64,000 nt of DNA from Mucispirillum schaedleri. GTDB lineage: Bacteria > Chrysiogenota > Deferribacteres > Deferribacterales > Mucispirillaceae. The first letter of the stretch is position 1; each line of letters begins with the position of its first letter. The notes under the pieces were generated by a model. It did not search any database. It saw only the letters and a program-made list of their open reading frames with translations, and was not told the DNA's origin. Made by a program: the position numbers and the translations under genes. The stretch spans positions 1,051-65,050 of the forward strand of contig CASEIN010000001.1 in assembly GCA_949287985.1 (NCBI GenBank), read 5' to 3'. This document shows positions 21,326 to 29,647 of the stretch, piece by piece.

Positions 21326-21965
21326 CGGCTTAATCTTTTTGTGATATACTGCGTTGGTTAGAATTTTTGCTCAGTCATTTACTAATATTGTAAACTCCTT
21401 TCGCAAAAATTCTAATCCGCCTTGTCTATCGCAAAAATCTTTAAGCCTTAATATAACTCACATCGGTAAAAAAATATCCGCCTTGTCTAAATTAAAAATC
21501 TTACAGCCTTAGTATAACTTGCATTGGCAAAAATATCTACCTAGCTTAAAAACAAAATCTTTAAGCATTAACATGCACTCCTTTCGCAAAAATTCTAATC
21601 CGCCTTGTCTATCGCAAAAATCTTTAAGCCTTATATAAACTCACCTATTGAATTTCAAAGCCGCCTAGCTTAAAAACAAAATCTTTAAGCCTTAACATGC
21701 ACTCCTTTCGCAAAAATTCTAATCCGCCTTGTATTCATTAAACATTTATTTTTTATTCTATCCATAGAATAAAAAAATCTCCGTTTGGTCGCAGTAAATG
21801 CTCCCGCACTTGCTAAAGCAAGCCTATCCCTAGGCTTGTATTCGGCTTAATCTTTTTGTGCTATACTGCGTTGGTTAAAAATCTTACATCCTTATATAAA
21901 CTTCTTTCACAAAAATCTTTAAGCTTTACTAAAAACTTCATTGCTTAATTTTAAAGCCGAATTCG
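21326..21965. repeat. noncoding array of degenerate 31/62/124-bp direct repeats bracketed by 35-bp direct repeats
   Basis: The 35-mer CGGCTTAATCTTTTTGTGNTATACTGCGTTGGTTA occurs at 21326-21360 and 21843-21877 (1 mismatch). The 31-mer CTCCTTTCGCAAAAATTCTAATCCGCCTTGT occurs at 21395, 21578 and 21702. A 66-mer occurs at 21543-21608 and 21667-21732 (1 mismatch). There is a 13-bp-arm AT palindrome at 21749-21776. No ORF of 60 aa or more. Confidence 0.85.
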
Positions 21966-22242
21966 CTAAATTTTTATATTATTACATTTCTATAGTAGTA
22001 TATGTTAGTGCATACTCTTAAATATTACTTTTAAAAATATTTAAAAACTTTTACATATTTTTTATGATATAAACCATAAAAAATACTTTATTATTAAATA
22101 ATTATATAAAATATTAACAAATTATATGCTTATGTATAAACTTTATAAACTTTAAAAATTTTACATAAAAGTCATTTTGACCTTGACAACTGTAATTTAA
22201 AATATTACACTTGAGTTACTAAATATTATTGAGGTAAAGAAG

Positions 22243-22752
22243 ATGAGAAAATTAAGTTTAGTAATCCTTTCAGTTGCATTTATAGTGTTTATAACTGCAG
22301 GTTGTAAAAAAACTGAAACAACTGAAACTACTCCAGCTGAAACTACTCCAGCTACAGATGTTCCAGCAACTGACGCTCCAGCGTTAGATACTCCAGCTAC
22401 AGACATGCCAGCAACTGATGCACCTGCTACTGATATGCCAGCAACTGATATGCCTGCTACTGATATGCCAGCAACTGATGCACCTGCAACAGATATGCCA
22501 GCAACTGATATGCCTGCTACTGATATGCCAGCAACTGATGCTCCTGCAACAGATATGCCAGCAACTGACGCTCCAGCTACAGATATGCCAGCAACTGATG
22601 CACCTGCAACAGATATGCCAGCAACTGACGCACCTGCAACAGATATGCCAGCAACTGATGCTCCAGCAGCTGATGCAACTGCAACAGAAGCTCCAGCAGC
22701 TGATGCAACTGCAACAGAAGCACCTGCTGTAGATAATCAATCATTACAATAA
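22243..22752 (+). CDS. lipoprotein consisting almost entirely of PATD(A/M) pentapeptide repeats
   Basis: Signal peptide plus lipobox (ITAGC). About 21 consecutive PATDx units followed by 2x PAADATATEA. GAGGTAAAGAAG SD. Confidence 0.8.
   Translation: MRKLSLVILSVAFIVFITAGCKKTETTETTPAETTPATDVPATDAPALDTPATDMPATDAPATDMPATDMPATDMPATDAPATDMPATDMPATDMPATDAPATDMPATDAPATDMPATDAPATDMPATDAPATDMPATDAPAADATATEAPAADATATEAPAVDNQSLQ
22330..22735 (+). repeat. in-frame tandem 15/30-bp coding repeats (PATDx)
   Basis: Alternating CCAGCAACTGAT(ATG/GCA) and CCTGC(T/A)AC(T/A)GAT(ATG) units, read directly in the sequence. Confidence 0.9.
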
Positions 22753-22776
22753 GATTATTAATAATTTTATAAGATT

Positions 22777-22807
22777 AAGCTGCTCTTAATTGGGCAGCTT
22801 TTTTTAT
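22777..22807. terminator. bidirectional rho-independent terminator
   Basis: AAGCTGC (22777-22783) pairs with GCAGCTT (22794-22800), then TTTTTAT. It lies between convergent genes. Confidence 0.6.
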
Positions 22808-23304
22808 TTTAGAATTATATTTTCCAGTTTCAAAAGATACTCTTTTACATGGATACCTGCTGCATAGCCTTTTAGAGAGCCATTTTTTCCTAAAACTCTG
22901 TGGCAGGGTATAAGTATGGATATTTTATTACGACCTATGGCATTTCCTACTGCTTGAAAAGGTGATGATTTTAAACACCTGATTTTTGCTACTTCTAATG
23001 CAATATTATAATATGTTATTGTTTTTCCATAGGGGATTTTTAAAAGCATAGCCCATACAAGTTTTTGAAATTCAGTGCCTTCTATCTCTAAGGGTATATT
23101 ATAGCTTGTATTTTTACCATTAAAATAATCATCTAAATATAGTTTTGTATTATATATTATTTCATTTTCATGATGTTGTGCATCTAATAAAGAAATATTT
23201 GGAAAATACTTTTGGTTATAAAAATAAAGCCCCTTTAAGCCCTTATTACTGGCATATAATAATATTTTACCAACTGGGCTTATATAATCATGAATATAAA
23301 ACAT
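22804..23304 (-). CDS. ogt: methylated-DNA-protein-cysteine methyltransferase
   Basis: Active-site IPCHRVLG, C-terminal DNA-binding domain pattern (YGKTITY ... NAIG). Confidence 0.88.
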   Translation of the reverse strand: MFYIHDYISPVGKILLYASNKGLKGLYFYNQKYFPNISLLDAQHHENEIIYNTKLYLDDYFNGKNTSYNIPLEIEGTEFQKLVWAMLLKIPYGKTITYYNIALEVAKIRCLKSSPFQAVGNAIGRNKISILIPCHRVLGKNGSLKGYAAGIHVKEYLLKLENIILK

Positions 23305-23307
23305 ACA

Positions 23308-23520
23308 TTAACCTTTAAACAATAAGTTTTTCTTTTCTGTAATTTTACCACAGGCACTACATGCATATACTTTGTAGCCTTTTTTAGTTTCATATTCTTT
23401 CTTTCTATTAATATAACGGGACTGGCAGTGGGGACACCTATGCACTGTAAAAAACCTTAAAAATAAATATGTACCAATAATTAATATTAAAAGTATAATA
23501 AGTTCCATTTTTATCTCCAA
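23308..23520 (-). CDS. small membrane-anchored zinc-ribbon protein
   Basis: N-terminal TM helix followed by CPHC ... CSAC. 3 nt upstream of ogt. Confidence 0.55.
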   Translation of the reverse strand: MEIKMELIILLILIIGTYLFLRFFTVHRCPHCQSRYINRKKEYETKKGYKVYACSACGKITEKKNLLFKG

Positions 23521-23624
23521 AACAGCACTTATTATAATACAGTTAAATAAATTATTCCAGTATTTTATATTGATTAAGTTATATTTTTCTTTTATACTAC
23601 CCTAGCTGCAAAGAGGTAAGGTAT

Positions 23625-25433
23625 ATGAATAAAGAAGATAATTTTCTATTATCCATAATTGATGATATTGATATATTTAAAACGCCACTGCTTACAAGAA
23701 AACAGTATGCAGTATCTATTTTGAAACTATCTTTACTTGTTGCATTGTTGCTTATTTTATTTTTGCTTTTTTTAAATCTTGAAAGCGTAGTTATTATTCT
23801 ATCTAGTATAATATTTATACCTTTTTTATCTTTCATGTTATTTTATTTTAATATACTTTTTATTAAAAGATATTTAGATACATCTATGCCTTTATTTTTA
23901 CTTTTTTTTATTCCTATATTATATACATTATCTTGTTCTTTTGGTATGTTATATGAATTTTTTATGTGGGAAAGTCCTATAAAATGGTTTTTTAGGGCTG
24001 GTATTTGGTTGTTACCTGCTTTACTGCTTTTTATATTATCATTTGTAATGCCATCATCTCATAAAGAACGCCCCATTATTACAAAAATAAAAAACAGCTT
24101 ATACATTAAGAAAAATATTTTATACCCAATTAATAATATTTTAACATTGAAATTTAAAAATCGCATAAATAGTAAACAGTTTATTTATGGACTTTTGTTT
24201 ACATTTATAGCACTTTTATTATTTTTATTACACAAAGATATAATAGAGCTATTAGAAAATGTATATACCCAGATATTACATTTTCAAATATTATTTATAA
24301 AAGTTTCTCATATAGAAAAGTATCAAGAAATGATTCTGTCTCCGATGTTCCCATTATTTATCAATTATGGAAATGTTTTTTTTGTATTTATAAGCTTTCT
24401 AGTTTTATTTATAAATTCTTATGAAAATGCATCTAAAATCAAATCATTAATAATTTTTATTGGCTTAATTTTAATGTTTATTCTGCCTTATTCAATTCAT
24501 ATGTTTTTTGGTGCAATGATTACTGACTATGCAAATATTTTTAAGCCAGGATATGGAGATGATAGTATTATATTTTACAGCAGTTCAGAAACTGCAAGAT
24601 ATTTATTATTAATTTCTTTTATTTTTTTATATATATATTATAAACTTATTAGTAAAAAATATAAAAATAAAATAAAAGTTCTTCAAATAAATAAAATTTC
24701 ATATACAGAATATATTGTTAAAGTTATAGCATTAATCTTTATGTATATTTTAATAAAAGATATTGTAGAGTATTTAAGGCATATTTTACCATCTGTTTTA
24801 TTTTTGCCATCTGGTTCATTAAATCCACCATCTTTTATACACATCTTTTTAGAATTAAGTTTAGTATATTATATATTATACTATACTATTAAACAAATAA
24901 ATAATGCCATAATCAATAAATTACTTTTTATACCATTTGTAGTTATATATATTTGTGCAACATATGAATATAATAACTTAACACCGTATTATATCTATTA
25001 TTTACTATCAATAATATTACTTATTATTGCAGCTGCATTTATTCCTAAATATATAAGTGAAAGAAAATATATATTTAATAATGAAAAGTATAAAAAATTA
25101 GCAGATTTTTTTAATATATCAAAGCAGATAGAAAATATATTATTTTTCAAATTTAAAAAAGAAATTACCATAAGAGAGTTTATATTATCTTTTATATTTA
25201 TTTTTGTTATGTATATTTTTATTATTCCAGTTCATGATTTAATCTATATGATAACAAATATGAGTATTTATATGCAGGAAGAAATTGTGAGTGAGAATAG
25301 ATTTGTAACGATATATACCATACCAAAAATATTATATATGTATATTATTTTAGTGGTATATGCAGTATTTGTGCTTATTTGTAATGGGATATATACAATA
25401 TATATGAAAAGAAAAGGTGTAATTAATGGATAA
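23625..25433 (+). CDS. polytopic membrane protein with repeated modules, unknown function
   Basis: 602 aa, more than 12 hydrophobic segments. Four copies of a module resembling F-K-F-K-x-x-I-x-x-x-(E/Q)F followed by a TM helix. GAGGTAAGG SD. Confidence 0.7.
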   Translation: MNKEDNFLLSIIDDIDIFKTPLLTRKQYAVSILKLSLLVALLLILFLLFLNLESVVIILSSIIFIPFLSFMLFYFNILFIKRYLDTSMPLFLLFFIPILYTLSCSFGMLYEFFMWESPIKWFFRAGIWLLPALLLFILSFVMPSSHKERPIITKIKNSLYIKKNILYPINNILTLKFKNRINSKQFIYGLLFTFIALLLFLLHKDIIELLENVYTQILHFQILFIKVSHIEKYQEMILSPMFPLFINYGNVFFVFISFLVLFINSYENASKIKSLIIFIGLILMFILPYSIHMFFGAMITDYANIFKPGYGDDSIIFYSSSETARYLLLISFIFLYIYYKLISKKYKNKIKVLQINKISYTEYIVKVIALIFMYILIKDIVEYLRHILPSVLFLPSGSLNPPSFIHIFLELSLVYYILYYTIKQINNAIINKLLFIPFVVIYICATYEYNNLTPYYIYYLLSIILLIIAAAFIPKYISERKYIFNNEKYKKLADFFNISKQIENILFFKFKKEITIREFILSFIFIFVMYIFIIPVHDLIYMITNMSIYMQEEIVSENRFVTIYTIPKILYMYIILVVYAVFVLICNGIYTIYMKRKGVING

Positions 25434-26295
25434 CCAAATAGAAAATAAAACTGATACAAGAATAAGTATAGAAAAATATTTAATATCAGTTTCTATATCC
25501 TTATTTGTATGTATAACTTATATAGGTATGTTTTTTGGTTTCGATTTAGAAGGTTTCGATTTAGAAGGTTTGGAGATTGCTGCTTTAATACCCTTTGGGG
25601 TGCTATCTATTTATTTAATATATTTTTCATCAAAAAGGATAGCTCATGCAGTAATAAATAAATTGATAATTTTGCCATTTATATTTTTGTTTTCATATTA
25701 TATATTAAATATTACAAACCCAAAATATATATTAGCCATATTATACTTAGTTATATATATGATAATATTAATACTTATTTCCTTGTTTTTACCAAAAAAA
25801 ATAAATGAAAGAAGATATATTTTTAGTAGTGAAAAATACATACGTATTGCAGATTTTTTTGATATTAGTAAGCCTATGGAAAATATATTACTTTTTAAAT
25901 TTAGAAATACTATTTCAAGGCATAAATATTTTTTCACCATATTATTTATAGTTTTAGTAAATATATTTATTTTTATTGATTTGATATTTATTGCAAGATT
26001 GGCTCGCTCATTAGGTTATCATGGTTTTGGTCTTGGAAGTTTTATTTTAATATTTATTTTTATTGAGTATGGAATTTTAATGCTGTATTCATTTTTAATG
26101 CTTATATTTAACAGATTAACAAATATATTTGGAACTAATAAATATAATATCTTAATATTTACCATAATATTTGTATTATTCTATTTTTTACATTATGTAA
26201 TACCTTATAATGCTATTTATATGGTTGCTGCTTTCGTATTAGTATTATTTATTGGTATTATTCCACCAAAAAAGGAAGATATAGAATATAGTTAA
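25426..26295 (+). CDS. polytopic membrane protein, paralog of the C-terminal half of the upstream gene
   Basis: KKINERRYIFSSEKYIRIADFFDISKPMENILLFKFRNTISRHKYF aligns with KYISERKYIFNNEKYKKLADFFNISKQIENILFFKFKKEITIREF of the 602-aa protein. 8-nt overlap with that gene. Confidence 0.7.
   Translation: MDNQIENKTDTRISIEKYLISVSISLFVCITYIGMFFGFDLEGFDLEGLEIAALIPFGVLSIYLIYFSSKRIAHAVINKLIILPFIFLFSYYILNITNPKYILAILYLVIYMIILILISLFLPKKINERRYIFSSEKYIRIADFFDISKPMENILLFKFRNTISRHKYFFTILFIVLVNIFIFIDLIFIARLARSLGYHGFGLGSFILIFIFIEYGILMLYSFLMLIFNRLTNIFGTNKYNILIFTIIFVLFYFLHYVIPYNAIYMVAAFVLVLFIGIIPPKKEDIEYS
25537..25566 (+). repeat. perfect 15-bp tandem duplication inside a CDS (GFDLE x2)
   Basis: GGTTTCGATTTAGAA occurs twice in tandem. 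Confidence 0.9.
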
Positions 26296-26369
26296 ATAGA
26301 ATATAATATAATTTTACTTGATTTATTGCATTATTTTCTTATAATCATAATTGGAGCGTTGGAGTAGGA

Positions 26370-28502
26370 ATGACAAAAGATGATAAGAAAATAGTTCGCA
26401 ATGTAATATTATTTTGTATTATATTTTCAGTATTTTTTACAGTTTACAGAATAGCTACCTTACTTGAGAAAAAGTCAGAACAAAAGCAAATTGATAATGT
26501 TACTGCCATTGATAATTTTACACCAAGCCAAAATATTAATATGCTTGAAAATGTAAATGGCTATGATAATATAAGTGGTCAAAATATTATAGACAACAGT
26601 TCTGTTATAAATAGCAATACATTTAATGATAATAATATAAATGGTGTAAGCGACTTAAAATCTTTTGATAATCTTAGTGGGCTGGACCAAATCTCAAACC
26701 CTTATGATAACCTTGATAATATGCTCTATGATGCTGTATTAAAAGGTGATTTTGAAGGTGTAAGGCGATATGTTAATATGGGTGCAAATATTAACAGTAT
26801 AGATAATAATGGTAATACTATAATCTATAGAATGGCTTTACAAAAAGATTTAAATATGGACCAGTTAAATAGTATAAATTACCTGCTTGTAAAAGGGGCA
26901 GATGCAAATAAAGCAAATTATGATGGTTATACGCCACTTACTGCTCATCTTTCATCAAACCTTTTTAATAAAGAGTTTATAGATAGGTTATTAAAATATC
27001 ATGCAGAAGTAAACGCCACAGATTTTGAAGGTGATACACCACTTCATTATGCTGTTATGAATAATAATTTAGATGCTGTTACATATTTAATAGATAATGG
27101 TGCTAATGTAAATGTAAAAAATAAAGACAGTATAACACCACTTCATATTGCAGTGCAGCAGAAAAATTATGATATAACAGGCCAGCTTTTACATAACGAT
27201 GCTGATAGAAACACTAAAAATATTGATAATATAAGTGCATTAGATATGGCTAAAGAAAGTGGTGATGTAGATTTGTATAGGCTTTTTAGCATAACTAAGG
27301 AAGATTTAGAAAAAGATAAGATACAGGAAGAGCTAATGCAGGCAATAAATGAAAAAATGGGGCTTCCTGCAGTTAGTGCTATATCTGAAAATGTGGCAAA
27401 AGGTTTTATTAATAGACCTATAAAGCAGGATAAAGGCTCATCATCTATTGAAGGCAAGTTTGTTGGTGAAAACCCAACCCCTTTAATTGCTGCCCTTTAT
27501 TTTAATTATAATAATATTGCTAAAGCATTAATAAAAGCAGGGGCAGATGTTAATAAACCTAACGACTACCCATATTATTCACCTTTAATGGTTGCAAGTG
27601 ATACAAATAATATGGAAATGGTAAAAGAGTTATTAAATAAAGGGGCAGATGTAAACTACGCTTCTAAAATGGACGGAATTACAGCTTTAAATGTAACTGA
27701 TAAAGCTGATATTGCAGAAGTATTACTTAAATCTGGTGCTGATGCTAATGTTATTGCAAATAAATCATGTCTTTCACCTTTACAGCTTGCAGTGATTAAT
27801 AATAATTACGATTTAGCAGAAACATTACTTAAGCATGGTGCTAATGCAAACCATGTAGACTGCAATGAATATAAGCCAGTTATTGCAAATGCAATAGATA
27901 CTGCAAACCCAGCTCTTGTTAGGCTTTTACTTCAATATAATGCGGGAGTTAATACTGAAATTGGGGAAGATTTATCTGTAAAAGTAATAGATTATGCAAA
28001 ATCAAAAGGCAACCAGCTTATTATTGATATGATAGAAGAACGTATTAAAGAAACTGCTCCAAAAAAAGTAGATATGGGTATTGAGCCAGTTCAAGATAAT
28101 TTTATTAAAAATAACGTTCAAAATGATAATAAAACTATTAAAGATAATATTACATTAAAAGATAATGAGACAATAAGTGATAATATTACAGTAAAAGATA
28201 ATGTAACTGTAAATAGTAGCCCAATCCAAGATAATAAAACTATAAATAAAAGTCCTATCCAAGATAATAAAACATTTAAGCAAAATGATAATATAAGCAT
28301 AAATCAAAATATTATTAAGGATAATAAAACAGTTGCAAAACCAGTAAATAAACCAGTAATTGATAATCAGTCATTAAATAATATAATGCTAAATAATCAA
28401 ATTAATAAAGATAATGCTAGCAATATTATAAATAATAGTATAAAAGATAATCAAAGCAATGAAATTGATAATATAATGAATAATATTATTAATGAATTAT
28501 AA
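26370..28502 (+). CDS. membrane-anchored ankyrin-repeat protein with DN-x-S/T-rich low-complexity N- and C-terminal regions
   Basis: N-terminal TM helix. Two blocks of ANK repeats (GDTPLHYAVMNNNLDAVTYLIDNGANVN, SPLQLAVINNNYDLAETLLKHGANAN etc.). C-terminal ~130 aa of KDNxT-type repeats. Confidence 0.85.
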   Translation: MTKDDKKIVRNVILFCIIFSVFFTVYRIATLLEKKSEQKQIDNVTAIDNFTPSQNINMLENVNGYDNISGQNIIDNSSVINSNTFNDNNINGVSDLKSFDNLSGLDQISNPYDNLDNMLYDAVLKGDFEGVRRYVNMGANINSIDNNGNTIIYRMALQKDLNMDQLNSINYLLVKGADANKANYDGYTPLTAHLSSNLFNKEFIDRLLKYHAEVNATDFEGDTPLHYAVMNNNLDAVTYLIDNGANVNVKNKDSITPLHIAVQQKNYDITGQLLHNDADRNTKNIDNISALDMAKESGDVDLYRLFSITKEDLEKDKIQEELMQAINEKMGLPAVSAISENVAKGFINRPIKQDKGSSSIEGKFVGENPTPLIAALYFNYNNIAKALIKAGADVNKPNDYPYYSPLMVASDTNNMEMVKELLNKGADVNYASKMDGITALNVTDKADIAEVLLKSGADANVIANKSCLSPLQLAVINNNYDLAETLLKHGANANHVDCNEYKPVIANAIDTANPALVRLLLQYNAGVNTEIGEDLSVKVIDYAKSKGNQLIIDMIEERIKETAPKKVDMGIEPVQDNFIKNNVQNDNKTIKDNITLKDNETISDNITVKDNVTVNSSPIQDNKTINKSPIQDNKTFKQNDNISINQNIIKDNKTVAKPVNKPVIDNQSLNNIMLNNQINKDNASNIINNSIKDNQSNEIDNIMNNIINEL

Positions 28503-28524
28503 TAAAAAGTTATGGGAGTTTAAA

Positions 28525-29577
28525 ATGGCAAAAATTATAGCTATTGTAGCAGGCATATGTGTTATTATTGCTGCAGGTGTTGCAGTTTATTTTATTTATT
28601 CAAAACCTAGTGAAAAGACTTTAAAGTTTGCTGAAAAATATGAAAAGCAGATAAACGTTATAATGGATTATATTAGTAATGAAATTGGTTCGGATTATTC
28701 ATTAAGAAATAATGTAAAATTAAAGTTTAAACCATTTAAATGCATAGCAAAAAATAGTAAAGTAATATGTAGGTCCGATAGGTTTTATATTGGATTACCA
28801 TTTGCAAGTGTAGATTTAAGGAATAATATAATTTCAACTAATTTTAAAGGTGATAGTAAAGTTGTATTAGAAGTGTCTTCTGATGGTGTTTTTGATTTAG
28901 AAAGCAATCCTTATACAAACTCTTTTAAAACTGATGTAGGTGGAAAATGCTCTTATACATCAACATATGATAAAGAAAATGGTGTATTTGATACTTCTGT
29001 TTCTGATTGTAAAAGTAATTTTGGTTCACTTATATTAAATATAATGATGGAAGAAAGCCAAAGAAGTGAAAACTTTAAAAATAAAGATATATATGATGCC
29101 TATTCTTCATATCTTCAATTTGATAATATAGAGAAATTATTTAAATATAATGAAGAAGATATGCTTGCAAACGAAGAAGATATTAGTAATATTTTAGAAG
29201 ATATTGATATTGAAAGAAAATGGGATAATATATATATAAACATATACAGTTCAAAAGGTATTTTTGATAGTATTTATGAATATACCAATTTAATTTCAAA
29301 AAAGAAAATAGAAAAAGAAGAAATTCATGAAGTATATGAAGATTTAAGAAAAAATTTTGATAAAGACTTATCATACGATAATAAAGACGAAGAAGAAAAA
29401 GAGCTTTTGAAGTTAACAGAAGATACATTAATAGCAATAGACCGTGTTATATATGATGGTCATAAAAATTTTAATGTAGAATTAACAGCAAAAGAAAAAG
29501 ATGATAAATATTATTCATTTGAAACCTATAATGAAGTTATAGATAATTTTAATATAAAAATATATAGTAATAATTAG
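28525..29577 (+). CDS. membrane-anchored protein, paralog family member 1 (4 conserved Cys), unknown function
   Basis: Start at MAKIIAIV (GGGAG SD). N-terminal TM anchor, KFKPFKC-x7-C motif, second Cys pair GGKC-x20-C, C-terminal GHKNFNVEL. Confidence 0.7.
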   Translation: MAKIIAIVAGICVIIAAGVAVYFIYSKPSEKTLKFAEKYEKQINVIMDYISNEIGSDYSLRNNVKLKFKPFKCIAKNSKVICRSDRFYIGLPFASVDLRNNIISTNFKGDSKVVLEVSSDGVFDLESNPYTNSFKTDVGGKCSYTSTYDKENGVFDTSVSDCKSNFGSLILNIMMEESQRSENFKNKDIYDAYSSYLQFDNIEKLFKYNEEDMLANEEDISNILEDIDIERKWDNIYINIYSSKGIFDSIYEYTNLISKKKIEKEEIHEVYEDLRKNFDKDLSYDNKDEEEKELLKLTEDTLIAIDRVIYDGHKNFNVELTAKEKDDKYYSFETYNEVIDNFNIKIYSNN

Positions 29578-29647
29578 TATCACTTTATAATTGCATTATA
29601 TATATATGTATGTTATAAAAGGCAGATATTATATATTGGAGGAAATA

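Noticed and set aside
21326-21965. The ~62-bp periodicity of the repeat array suggested a CRISPR array (repeat plus spacer) or an integron attC stack.
   Set aside because: The would-be spacers are homologous to each other, so all parts of each unit are degenerate copies. There are no cas genes, no intI and no cassette ORFs in the window. I called it a generic repeat array instead.
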